IMG/VR virus record: IMGVR_UViG_3300020171_000004
Span: 1,810 to 65,809 of that record
Strand: one strand, 5' to 3'
Origin: a virus
DNA length: 64,000 nt
Positions 41,665 through 50,536 of this stretch are shown here, piece by piece. The notes under the pieces were generated by a model, which was not told the origin of the DNA, made no database searches, and worked only from the letters and a program-made list of their open reading frames with translations. The translations under genes and the position numbers were made by a program. How positions within the stretch are numbered: position 1 is the stretch's first letter; each line of letters begins with the position of its first letter.

Positions 41665-44187
41665 ATGAAAATTCCAAAAGATCCTACTAGCGAACAAGAT
41701 CAAAAGAATAATTCTCTTGATATTCTTGCAGTAGAATGTCCACCAACGAATAATATCAATACAGCTATTATTGCTATGGTAGGTGATGCACCGAATGATA
41801 TTGAAGTGCTTAAAGGTGAACCATTTCTTGGGCCACATGGAGCACAATTCAATCGCATTTGTGCGGCGGTCAGGTTAGCTAGGTATCAAATATATCTAAC
41901 TACTGCTTGCAAGGCAAAACTTCCTAAGCATAATGTCAGCAAGCTATGGACTGATAAAGGCTGGAGGCATCCTAAATGGGGAGAACTTCAACAAGCTTTA
42001 ATCAATGAACTTGCAGAATTTCCAGGCAAAGTAATCATGTTGCTTGGAGATACTGCCATGAGGTTGCTGATTGATGAGCCAAGATTTGATTCTATTCAAA
42101 AATTTCGTGGTTCATTTTATCACGCCGAGGATTTTCCTCACCTTAAAGAAAAACTTGCTGGCAAGATCATAGGTTTTTCTTTCCATCCATCATTTACGAC
42201 CTTCACTGGCAAGCCTGTACACTTTTATACAATGATTGCAGACTTTACAAAAGCTCTGAAACTCATTGATAGCCCAGAACTGCTAACTGATAATACTGAA
42301 ATCATTACCTCACCTGGATTTGAAAAAGTTATGCAGTTTTATGCTCTTGTTCAAAATAAGGAATTTGTTGGCTTTGATATTGAAGCTACTCCAAAATTTA
42401 TCACATGCTTTTCATTTTCTGTTTATGATGAAGGTAAAATCAAGGCAATGTCTATTCCTTTAATGGATAATCGTGGAAGCTACTGGTCACCTGAAGAAGA
42501 AGTAAAAATCTGGATAGGAATGGCAAAAATATTAGCTGATGAAAATCTTAAGAAGATTTTGACTAATGGTATGTTTGATATTATGTTTACTTTGAGAACA
42601 ATGAATATTAAAACAGAAAACTTCTTCTTTGATACAATGCTTGCCCAACATATATGTTATACTGATTTACCTAAGGGTTTAGATTATTTAACATCTTGTT
42701 ATACTTACTTTCCATATTATAAAGATGAGGGAAAACAATCACATCTAAAAGTAATCAAAGACTGGCCACAATATTGGAACTATAATGCAAAAGATTCTGC
42801 ATATTTGCTTCCTATTTCTGAGGCTCTTATTAAGGAACTTGAAGAATTCAATGCTTCTGATGCTTTAGAATATACAATGAACTTGCATAAGCCTCTGATG
42901 GAAATGGAGTTTAATGGCTTCCTTACTGATACTGAAGGAATTAAAAAGACTAAAGCAGAGTATGAGGAAAAGATTCTTACACTTCAAGCACAGCTTAATG
43001 AAATTGCTGGACAGGAATTAAATACCAATTCATCAAAACAAATGATTGCATACTTTTATGGCATTTGTATGATTAAACCATACATAGACAGAACTTCAGG
43101 TAATGCTACTTGCGGATCAGTTGCTTTACATAGAATTGCAAAGAATGGTGGTAAAGGTTCTACTGAAGCAAAGATTATTATTAAGATCAGAAAGTATGGA
43201 AAGCTGGTTTCTACCTATTTTAATATTGATGTAGATGAAGATAAGAGACTTCGATGTAATCATAAGATTTCTGGAACTACTTCAGGCAGGATTGCTACAG
43301 AAAAGACTTACTTTGGTACAGGGTCAAACTTGCAAAATCAGCCTTATGTTTTTAAATATTTTTTGATTGCTGATCCTGATCACATTATATGTGAAGTTGA
43401 CTTAGCAAAGGCTGAAGCTCATGTTGTTGCGTATTTAGCACAAGATGCAAACATGATAGAATCCTTTGTTAGTGGAATTGATGTTCATAGTTTTAATGCC
43501 AGTAAGATTTTTCATGTACCTATTGAAGAAGTCATTGCTGAGCATCATGCAAATAAAGAAGATCAAAAATCAACCATGCGATATATGGGCAAGAAAGTAG
43601 TTCATGCCAGCAACTATAACATGGGTCCACAAACATTCTCAGATCAGCTTGCTGTTGAAGAAATCTTTATGTCTCAAAGTGAATGTAAGAAACTTTTGAC
43701 TAACTATACTGACAGATTTCCTGGACTAAAGCGTTGGCACCGTTCCATTGAAGAAGAAGTTCAAGCAACTAGAACTTTGTATAATCTTTTCGGTAGGCCA
43801 AAGAAGTTTCTTGGTGAAATGAATCCTGCACTGTTTAGAAATGCTTACAGTTATAAGCCTCAATCTACTGTAGCAGAACTACTTAATCGTGGAACAATTA
43901 AGATTGCTAATGATCCTAGACTTGGTAAGGATGGTTTTGATATTCGTTTACTTACTACTGTTCATGATTCTGATGTTTTTATGTTTCACAAAAGTCAGAT
44001 ACCGAATTTGCTGCAGATTCTTTTAATCATCAAAGAGCATATGACACATACTTTTACTTACAAAGGTAAGAGTTTTACAATAGGTTTGGACGCCAAGATT
44101 GGCACTCAGTGGGCCGGTAATACAGCAGGAATAGATCATTTCACTCAAGAAGAAATCGATAAAGCAGTTAAAAAAATAGGATTTTAA
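41665..44187 (+). CDS. family-A DNA polymerase with a 3-5 exonuclease domain and an N-terminal UDG family-4-like domain
   Basis: UDG-like motifs: VGDAPNDIE, GEPFLGPHG, FSFHPSF. Exonuclease motifs: VGFDIEAT, NGMFDIMF, YNAKDSAY. Polymerase motifs: A VDLAKAEAHVVAY, B RYMGKKVVHASNYNMG, C TTVHDS. Confidence 0.9.
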   Translation: MKIPKDPTSEQDQKNNSLDILAVECPPTNNINTAIIAMVGDAPNDIEVLKGEPFLGPHGAQFNRICAAVRLARYQIYLTTACKAKLPKHNVSKLWTDKGWRHPKWGELQQALINELAEFPGKVIMLLGDTAMRLLIDEPRFDSIQKFRGSFYHAEDFPHLKEKLAGKIIGFSFHPSFTTFTGKPVHFYTMIADFTKALKLIDSPELLTDNTEIITSPGFEKVMQFYALVQNKEFVGFDIEATPKFITCFSFSVYDEGKIKAMSIPLMDNRGSYWSPEEEVKIWIGMAKILADENLKKILTNGMFDIMFTLRTMNIKTENFFFDTMLAQHICYTDLPKGLDYLTSCYTYFPYYKDEGKQSHLKVIKDWPQYWNYNAKDSAYLLPISEALIKELEEFNASDALEYTMNLHKPLMEMEFNGFLTDTEGIKKTKAEYEEKILTLQAQLNEIAGQELNTNSSKQMIAYFYGICMIKPYIDRTSGNATCGSVALHRIAKNGGKGSTEAKIIIKIRKYGKLVSTYFNIDVDEDKRLRCNHKISGTTSGRIATEKTYFGTGSNLQNQPYVFKYFLIADPDHIICEVDLAKAEAHVVAYLAQDANMIESFVSGIDVHSFNASKIFHVPIEEVIAEHHANKEDQKSTMRYMGKKVVHASNYNMGPQTFSDQLAVEEIFMSQSECKKLLTNYTDRFPGLKRWHRSIEEEVQATRTLYNLFGRPKKFLGEMNPALFRNAYSYKPQSTVAELLNRGTIKIANDPRLGKDGFDIRLLTTVHDSDVFMFHKSQIPNLLQILLIIKEHMTHTFTYKGKSFTIGLDAKIGTQWAGNTAGIDHFTQEEIDKAVKKIGF

Positions 44188-44189
44188 TT

Positions 44190-44489
44190 ATGGAAATTAT
44201 ATATCAACCTAGACAATCAGGTAAAACTCTTAGTCTTATTAAACAAGCAGATAATTTTAATGGTTATATCCTTACAATGAATGCAAGATCTTGTGAGCAT
44301 ATAATGAATTTAGCTGAAAAACATGGATATAAAATAAATTTTCCATTAACATGGGATGAATTTTTATTAGGAAGATTTTATCCTAATGGAGTTAAAAAGA
44401 TTTATATTGATAATGCTGATTTAATATTACAAAGGCTTGCTAATGAAAGATATGTAGCACTTGAAGCAATTACAATCACAAAAGAATAG
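44190..44489 (+). CDS. small P-loop-like protein, 99 aa
   Basis: YQPRQSGKTLSL near the N-terminus. The gene is bracketed by a 14-bp direct repeat. Confidence 0.6.
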   Translation: MEIIYQPRQSGKTLSLIKQADNFNGYILTMNARSCEHIMNLAEKHGYKINFPLTWDEFLLGRFYPNGVKKIYIDNADLILQRLANERYVALEAITITKE

Positions 44490-44498
44490 GATTTTAAT

Positions 44499-44639
44499 AT
44501 GAATAAATCTATTTGGTTTGAATTAAATGGTAAATGGATTCATGGAGAAAAACCTATCATGGTACGATCAGAAAAAGATAGACGTACAAAAGAACGTAGA
44601 AAAACATCCGAGAGAAGACAATTAGAGAGAAGAATATAA
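44499..44639 (+). CDS. 46-aa Arg/Lys-rich peptide candidate
   Basis: Reads MNKSIWFELNGKWIHGEKPIMVRSEKDRRTKERRKTSERRQLERRI, with TAGGA upstream. Confidence 0.4.
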   Translation: MNKSIWFELNGKWIHGEKPIMVRSEKDRRTKERRKTSERRQLERRI

Positions 44640-44655
44640 AATAAAGGATGAAAAA

Positions 44656-44977
44656 ATGAACTGGTTAAAACAAAAAATATTTAAGTTTTTATCTTTACCA
44701 TCAATTAACAAGACAAGCAAATGAATTAAATGAACTCAGGGAAATTATAAAAGAGCGAACTGAATATCATTTAGATGTTCATTCTTATGCCAAAAAGAAT
44801 TCTCAGGTAATTCTAATTGGTAAATATTATAAACGCGATTTTGTTAAATGCTATAATATTCCTGATCAGGAATTAGATTTTTTAATTGATCATTGTATAG
44901 AACTTGAAAAGTATTCAACTATGGGTAAGGTTGATGCTATGCCAGAAATTAATGCAGTCATTAAATCTTTTATTTAA
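44656..44977 (+). CDS. about 106-aa gene requiring a +1 frame change in an A6 run (absent from the track)
   Basis: ATG 44656 (AAGGA upstream) opens a frame that stops at 44722-44724. The +1 frame is open from 44669 to TAA 44975-44977, has no start codon, and reads like real protein (NELNELREIIKERTEYHLDVHSYAKKNSQVILIGKYYKRDF...). Confidence 0.5.
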
Positions 44978-44989
44978 GGCTAATCAAAT

Positions 44990-46252
44990 ATGTCACGACA
45001 ATTATCGGATTGGCTTGAGTATTACATGAAGTACACTCAAAGGTCAGAGCCACCTGAATTGTATCATTTATGGTCAGGACTTACAGCACTTAGTTCAGCA
45101 TTACGACGTAAATGTTATTGTAATTGGGGAGCTCTTCGTGGATATGTTTATCCTAATTTATTTGTTTCATTAGTCGGTCCACCTGGAGGACGGAAAGGCA
45201 CAGCAATGAAAATTGCAAAATCAATTGTACAAACACTGAATGTGCCTATGGGAGCAGATTCACTTGGTTCAACACAAGCACTTTATAAAGAGATCATGGA
45301 TTCTGAGGATAGTTATGTTGATCCTCAAGGTTTAACTAAAAAGCATAAGAGTGTTTCAATCTGGTCAGAAGAATTTCAAGTATTTCTTTCTGATAGAGAT
45401 CAAATGCTGATAAGCTCATTAACTGATCTATTTGATTGTTCTGATAGTTGGAAGTATAAAACTCTAGCAAGAAAGAATGAAGATTTATCTAACTGCTGGT
45501 TGACAATCATCGGCGCTATAACTCCGAGTTTGCTTCAAGCAAAGCTAAGCCAAGATGCTGTAGGCGGTGGGTTAATATCTAGAATTATCTTTGTAGTTGG
45601 CAATGGCCCGAAGCAGCGAACAGCTTTACAGTTTTTAACTGAAGAAGAAGAAGAGATTATTCATAATCTTGAAAATGATTTACAGGAAATAGCGAATTTA
45701 TCTGGGCCATTTGTTCTATCTCAGGAATTTCTTACTGCATATGTTCGTTGGTATGAACAAGAATATGATGATTCAGGTGTTATATCAGATAAGTTCTTAG
45801 GATATAATCACAGGCGACCGTTACATCTTAACAAGATTTGTATGCTAGTTTCGGTAGCTGAATCAAATGATATGATTATAACTGATAAACACTTTGAAAA
45901 AGCATTAGCGATTCTTCAGGTAACTGAACAGGAAATGCCAAATGCTTTTTATGGTCTGGGCTTATCAAGTCAATCAAATATATATGCAAAGTTTCTCAGT
46001 TTTATTGATTCACATGAATATTTTGATTGGTCTGAACTTATGAGGAATTTTCATCTTGATGTAGATAACATTCCACAACTTCGTGGATATGTTGAAATGG
46101 CTGAGCAATCAGGATTGATCAAGTCTGAAAGTTCTGCAACATCATCGCGATATACTACGATTAAAACTCAAATAGAAATTGATAAATCGGGATATTTGGA
46201 TGATACAGTTTTCAGGTTGATGGATCGAAACTTACTAAAACAAAAACAATAA
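44990..46252 (+). CDS. P-loop NTPase, replicative helicase-like (primase-associated)
   Basis: Walker A LVGPPGGRKGTAMK and an acidic Walker B-like SIWSEEF. It lies in the replication module near the AEP primase. The family assignment is uncertain. Confidence 0.6.
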   Translation: MSRQLSDWLEYYMKYTQRSEPPELYHLWSGLTALSSALRRKCYCNWGALRGYVYPNLFVSLVGPPGGRKGTAMKIAKSIVQTLNVPMGADSLGSTQALYKEIMDSEDSYVDPQGLTKKHKSVSIWSEEFQVFLSDRDQMLISSLTDLFDCSDSWKYKTLARKNEDLSNCWLTIIGAITPSLLQAKLSQDAVGGGLISRIIFVVGNGPKQRTALQFLTEEEEEIIHNLENDLQEIANLSGPFVLSQEFLTAYVRWYEQEYDDSGVISDKFLGYNHRRPLHLNKICMLVSVAESNDMIITDKHFEKALAILQVTEQEMPNAFYGLGLSSQSNIYAKFLSFIDSHEYFDWSELMRNFHLDVDNIPQLRGYVEMAEQSGLIKSESSATSSRYTTIKTQIEIDKSGYLDDTVFRLMDRNLLKQKQ

Positions 46253-46274
46253 AGAATAAAAAGGAACTGATTAC

Positions 46275-46460
46275 ATGGCTGATGCAAGAGTTAAAAAATC
46301 TATAACTGTACAACTTACTTTAAATAGGAAAGAAATTGAATATATTCGTGACTTAATGCAAAATTATCTTAGTGATGATCCAGATTCTGAAAATCCTGAG
46401 CATACTGAAATACGTGAGAATATATTTAAATTACTTGATGATATATTATCATATAATTAA
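46275..46460 (+). CDS. hypothetical acidic protein, 61 aa
   Basis: AAAAAGGAACT..TTACATG start context, shared with 46490 and 48096. Confidence 0.6.
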   Translation: MADARVKKSITVQLTLNRKEIEYIRDLMQNYLSDDPDSENPEHTEIRENIFKLLDDILSYN

Positions 46461-46489
46461 TTAAAAATAATTAAAAAGGAACTACTTAC

Positions 46490-47125
46490 ATGACACTCAA
46501 AACTATTCAACTCAATGATGATACTAAGATTCTTTTCTTTGATACTGAAACTTCAGGATTCATCAAGAAGGAACTTTCAGCAGATCATCCAGATCAAGCA
46601 TGGACTGTGCAAATCGGCGCAATCTTAGCAAACAAAGATGAAGATATTGCTAAGATGAATGTAATCATCAAATCAAATGGAAGATCAATGAATCCATTTG
46701 CACAAGAAGTTCATGGGATTTCAACTGAGAAAGCTGATGCAGAAGGTATTGAAGAACATGAAGCAGCAGAGAAATTTGGATTATTGCTTCGTCAAGCTGA
46801 CCTGATGGTTTGTCATAACTTGGCTTTTGATATTAAGTATGCCAGGCACTTGATGGAAAGAAATGTTGATGCTTTGTCTGATGAAGCTCGGTCAGCTTTC
46901 TATCTTGATATGCCAGGTTACTGTACTATGCAAGATAAAGCAGTTGTTAAGTTTTGTGGACTGAAAAATAAAGCAGGTCGTGCAAAATGGCCAAAGCTTA
47001 TTGAGCTGCATAACATTTTATTTGAAGAAGGCTTTGATGGCGCACATGATGCATTCGCTGATATCTCGGCTACGAAACGATGCTTCTTTGCCTTACTTGA
47101 TTTGGGAATTATCACCTTAGATTGA
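46490..47125 (+). CDS. DnaQ-like DEDDh 3-5 exonuclease
   Basis: ExoI FFDTETSG, ExoII HNLAFDIKY, ExoIII GAHDAFADISAT. Confidence 0.85.
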   Translation: MTLKTIQLNDDTKILFFDTETSGFIKKELSADHPDQAWTVQIGAILANKDEDIAKMNVIIKSNGRSMNPFAQEVHGISTEKADAEGIEEHEAAEKFGLLLRQADLMVCHNLAFDIKYARHLMERNVDALSDEARSAFYLDMPGYCTMQDKAVVKFCGLKNKAGRAKWPKLIELHNILFEEGFDGAHDAFADISATKRCFFALLDLGIITLD

Positions 47126-47138
47126 GGAATAAAAAATT

Positions 47139-47468
47139 ATGACTGATTATGAAAAGTATCGAGGAAAATGCTATGAATATTCAGCTGCTTTAGTAATGGA
47201 TTATCCAGATCTTAAATTAGTTCGTGGACATTATTATGATGCACAATGGGGAGAACAAGCACATTGGTGGACTGAAACAAAATCAGGAGTAATAGTTGAT
47301 CCAACAGTAAATCAATTTCCTTCAAAAGGTCATGGTGTTTATATTCCTTTTGATGGTATTTGTACTTGTGAAGTTTGTGGAAAAGAAAAACCTGAAGAAG
47401 AGATGTATTTTATGTCTCGTTATCCAGTTTGTTCAGATTATTGTGCAAGAACATTAGTTGGAGTTTAA
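47139..47468 (+). CDS. hypothetical protein with a C-terminal Cys cluster, 109 aa
   Basis: Contains CTCEVCG and CSDYC. Confidence 0.65.
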   Translation: MTDYEKYRGKCYEYSAALVMDYPDLKLVRGHYYDAQWGEQAHWWTETKSGVIVDPTVNQFPSKGHGVYIPFDGICTCEVCGKEKPEEEMYFMSRYPVCSDYCARTLVGV

Positions 47469-47482
47469 CTAAACGCTTTTAA

Positions 47483-47505
47483 ATGCCCGTCACGGCATGA
47501 TTTTT
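47483..47505 (+). terminator. weak rho-independent terminator candidate
   Basis: ATGCC-cgtcac-GGCAT followed by GATTTTT. Confidence 0.35.
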
Positions 47506-47589
47506 CCTGGCATAGTGACGTACTGGAAAATTTTTTTCATGTTGTGGTGGGCATCCTACCGACAAACATCCCACAAAAAGAGGCTTATC

Positions 47590-47790
47590 ATGTCCGACTT
47601 ATTAATGGCAGTACAAGATGAAGTCAAGAGAATAAGAGAGATGATAACAGAAGTTAAAACTCTCATGCTTCAAAGTAATGTAAATTTTTATTTTTATGAA
47701 TTAGTTCTTACTGAAGCAGATAAGGCAATCAGAGAACATGATACAGTTGCTTTGTTAAGATTATTACCTGAATTAAAGGCAATGGAATAA
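47590..47790 (+). CDS. hypothetical protein, 66 aa
   Basis: ATG 47590 (MSDLLMAVQDE) with AAGAGG upstream. The track extension from 47497 lies in the non-coding island. Confidence 0.6.
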   Translation: MSDLLMAVQDEVKRIREMITEVKTLMLQSNVNFYFYELVLTEADKAIREHDTVALLRLLPELKAME

Positions 47791-47826
47791 TAAATTTTAA
47801 ATAGCTAATTTAGGAGAACAAAGAAA

Positions 47827-48066
47827 ATGAGAGTATCAACAAAGCAATTAAAAGAACTTCAAGAAATTCAATTGGATAAAACTACAGCAGATAATACTTT
47901 GAAAATAGCTCTGGCATATCATAGTAATTGTCATAATCAAGTTATAAAAAGAGAAGAGTTATTGTGGGAAGAAATAAGAGAAATTCATGAACTAGATTTA
48001 GAAACTAAAATATCGGTATCTCTTGATGGGAATCTGATTATTGGCAAAAATAAAAATACAGATTGA
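47827..48066 (+). CDS. hypothetical protein, 79 aa
   Basis: TAGGAG SD. Confidence 0.6.
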   Translation: MRVSTKQLKELQEIQLDKTTADNTLKIALAYHSNCHNQVIKREELLWEEIREIHELDLETKISVSLDGNLIIGKNKNTD

Positions 48067-48095
48067 TTTTTACTGGAGCTAAAAAGGACTCTTAC

Positions 48096-48305
48096 ATGGA
48101 TAAAAAAACATTGTTACATTATTTAAGAAGTTCATATAATATAAATGTAAATGATATGCGTAAAGCAAGATTACAAGCCACTGATGAACTTGAAAGACTT
48201 TATGCATTAGAAGAGCGAGTTAAGAAACTTGCAGATAAAATTGAAGAGCATGAAACAAGTTTAAATATGGATAACTTTTTGTTCATTTCTGAACGGCAAA
48301 ACTAA
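48096..48305 (+). CDS. hypothetical protein, 69 aa
   Basis: ATG 48096 within the AAAAAGGACTCTTACATG start context. Confidence 0.55.
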   Translation: MDKKTLLHYLRSSYNINVNDMRKARLQATDELERLYALEERVKKLADKIEEHETSLNMDNFLFISERQN

Positions 48306-48323
48306 AACCTAAGCAAGAATTTT

Positions 48324-49325
48324 ATGAATATCTCTAATCAAGAATTCTTAAGTGCAATCTTTGGATCTGATTTTATCTGGGCGCATGTAACAGATTTCTT
48401 TCATGATCCAGGTGAAGGCTTTATTGATGAAAGCAAACAGGCTTGGCTAGGAAATCATTATGTAAATATAGAACTTCGAGATCAAGCAAATCAATACTTT
48501 ACAATTAGTTTGTTTAATGAAACAGATCAAGGAGCTAGGCGAAGAAAGGAACTTTTCAAATCAACTCACTGCATAGTAGTAGATGATGTTGGTGAAAAGA
48601 TTCCAATTGATCTCATGCTTGATAAGCCTGCACCTAGTTGGATATTAGAAACAAGTCCAGGCTCTCAGCAATGGGGATATATCTTGACCGAGCCATGCAA
48701 GGAACGAGCAATAGTAGAGAACTTGCTGACTGGTCTTGTTCATAAGATTTGCCCTGATGGAGTTGATTCAGGAATGCTTGGTGTTACTCGATATGTTCGG
48801 TTACCTGAAGGTTATAATACCAAGGCAAGTAAAGTTGCTAAGAACAATGGCAAGATTTTCAAATGCAAAATGATTATTTGGCAGCCAGAAGTGAAGATCA
48901 GTATTACTGACTTAGCTGATGCATTTGATGTTGATTTAACTAAATCATGCAAATATAAACTTTCTAGTGATTATGAATTTCTTGAAGATCATTATGCAGC
49001 AAAGCATCCTGCTTGGCAAAAGATTGAAATCAAAAGCATCTTGAATGAAGGGCATTATGATGTTAGTTGTCCTTGGTCTGATGAACATACTGATCCATCA
49101 GATGATAGAGCTACAGTTTTTATTCTTGCTGACGGTTATATGAGTTTTAAATGTCATCATGGGCATTGCATTAATAAAACTGGTAAAGATCTTTTAGAAT
49201 ATTCTCGTGAACAGATAAGCGATTTTGATGCTCTTTATCTTGAATATAGAAATGAGTTATCAAGATTAAATCCAATTAAACCATGTCCAATTAAGTTTAA
49301 AGAAAAATTATGTATGAAAGGTTGA
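48324..49325 (+). CDS. archaeo-eukaryotic-type (AEP, RepB-prime/prim-pol-like) DNA primase with a C-terminal zinc finger
   Basis: Motif I CIVVDDVG, motif II-like ETSPGSQQWGY, motif III DSGMLGVTRYVRLPEGYNTK. The zinc finger is CPWSDEHT ... FKCHHGHC. Confidence 0.65.
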   Translation: MNISNQEFLSAIFGSDFIWAHVTDFFHDPGEGFIDESKQAWLGNHYVNIELRDQANQYFTISLFNETDQGARRRKELFKSTHCIVVDDVGEKIPIDLMLDKPAPSWILETSPGSQQWGYILTEPCKERAIVENLLTGLVHKICPDGVDSGMLGVTRYVRLPEGYNTKASKVAKNNGKIFKCKMIIWQPEVKISITDLADAFDVDLTKSCKYKLSSDYEFLEDHYAAKHPAWQKIEIKSILNEGHYDVSCPWSDEHTDPSDDRATVFILADGYMSFKCHHGHCINKTGKDLLEYSREQISDFDALYLEYRNELSRLNPIKPCPIKFKEKLCMKG

Positions 49326-49684
49326 TAGAATTAGGAAATAAATTAAAAGCTGAAGGTAGAGAAGATGATGCATGTCTTGTTTTTGATGCTGCAATTAAAT
49401 GTATTTCTAAATCAACAAAATTGAAAAGTGAAATAGGTAATAAATATGGTTTGCTTACAGTTATTTCAAGAGCAGAAAATATAAAAGGACGTACTAGATG
49501 GAATTGTCAATGTGACTGTGGAAAAAGTAAAGACTCTGTTTCAGCAAGGTCATTAAGAACAGGAAATACAATTTCATGTGGTTGTCAACATAATGGACGT
49601 AAAGCAAGCAGTATGACTTCACCTAAAATAAAAGCTCAAAGAAAGAAATACTATAAAGAATATAAAATGTTGGATATTAAATAA
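49310..49684 (+). CDS. Cys-rich zinc-binding protein, 124 aa
   Basis: YGLLTVISRAENIKGRTRWNCQCDCGKSKDSVSARSLRTGNTISCGC is a motif I recall from N-termini of phage endonuclease-associated proteins. Confidence 0.6.
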   Translation: MYERLIELGNKLKAEGREDDACLVFDAAIKCISKSTKLKSEIGNKYGLLTVISRAENIKGRTRWNCQCDCGKSKDSVSARSLRTGNTISCGCQHNGRKASSMTSPKIKAQRKKYYKEYKMLDIK

Positions 49685-50010
49685 TGAGACTTGTAATCTT
49701 AGAAAGCCCATACGCTGGAGATATTCTTAGAAACATTCAATATGCAAGACGTTGTGTTATGGATAGTTTGCTTCGCGGTGAAGCTCCAATAGCAAGTCAT
49801 TTGCTTTATACTCAAAATAGTATATTAAATGATGATCTGCCAGCAGAACGTCAGCTTGGTATTAATGCTGGACTTGCATGGAAAACTGTCGCTGAAGCAA
49901 CTGTAGTGTATGCTGATTTAGGAATAACTAAAGGTATGCAGTATGGAATTGATCAGGCTAAAGAGCAAGGTCTTGAAATAGAAATTAGATACTTATTTAA
50001 AAAGGAGTAA
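49684..50010 (+). CDS. nucleoside 2-deoxyribosyltransferase-like (DUF4406-like) small protein candidate
   Basis: RLVILESPYAGD ... VVYADLGITKGMQYGIDQAKEQG resembles the Rossmann-like NDT superfamily pattern. Called from memory, so modest confidence. Confidence 0.4.
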   Translation: MRLVILESPYAGDILRNIQYARRCVMDSLLRGEAPIASHLLYTQNSILNDDLPAERQLGINAGLAWKTVAEATVVYADLGITKGMQYGIDQAKEQGLEIEIRYLFKKE

Positions 50011-50012
50011 AC

Positions 50013-50534
50013 ATGAAATACTATCTTGACACAGAATTTATTGAATATCCAAATACAATTAATCTTATTTCTATAGGGATTAAATGTGAAGATGGAAGAA
50101 CTTTCTATGCTGAATCAAATCAATTTGATATTAATAAAGCAAATGATTGGGTAAAAGAAAATGTTATAGTTAATCTTTTACATCAGAATAAAAAACCTTT
50201 TATTGATCGAACGGATTTTGATTGTGATTATCCAAATTCTTTTGTAATGTTTTCAAACAATAAAAGAATTGCTGATATAATTAAAATGTTTATTGGTGAT
50301 GATATCCCTGAATTTTGGGGTTATTATGCTGATTATGATTGGGTAGTATTTTGTTGGTTATTTGGTTCTATGATTAATCTTCCCGAAGGTTGGCCAATGT
50401 ATTGTAAAGATCTCAAGCAGTTATTAGATGAAACTGGAAAAGAGAAAATTCCTGATCCTTTAAATGCACATAATGCTTTAGCAGATGCTATTTGGAATGA
50501 GAAATTACATCAACATCTTTTATATGGAGAATAA
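50013..50534 (+). CDS. DEDDh 3-5 exo(ribo)nuclease, Rv2179c-like
   Basis: Motifs YLDTEFIE, LISIGIKCEDGRTFYAE, YADYDWVVFCWLFG and HNALADA. Confidence 0.7.
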   Translation: MKYYLDTEFIEYPNTINLISIGIKCEDGRTFYAESNQFDINKANDWVKENVIVNLLHQNKKPFIDRTDFDCDYPNSFVMFSNNKRIADIIKMFIGDDIPEFWGYYADYDWVVFCWLFGSMINLPEGWPMYCKDLKQLLDETGKEKIPDPLNAHNALADAIWNEKLHQHLLYGE

Positions 50535-50536
50535 AA

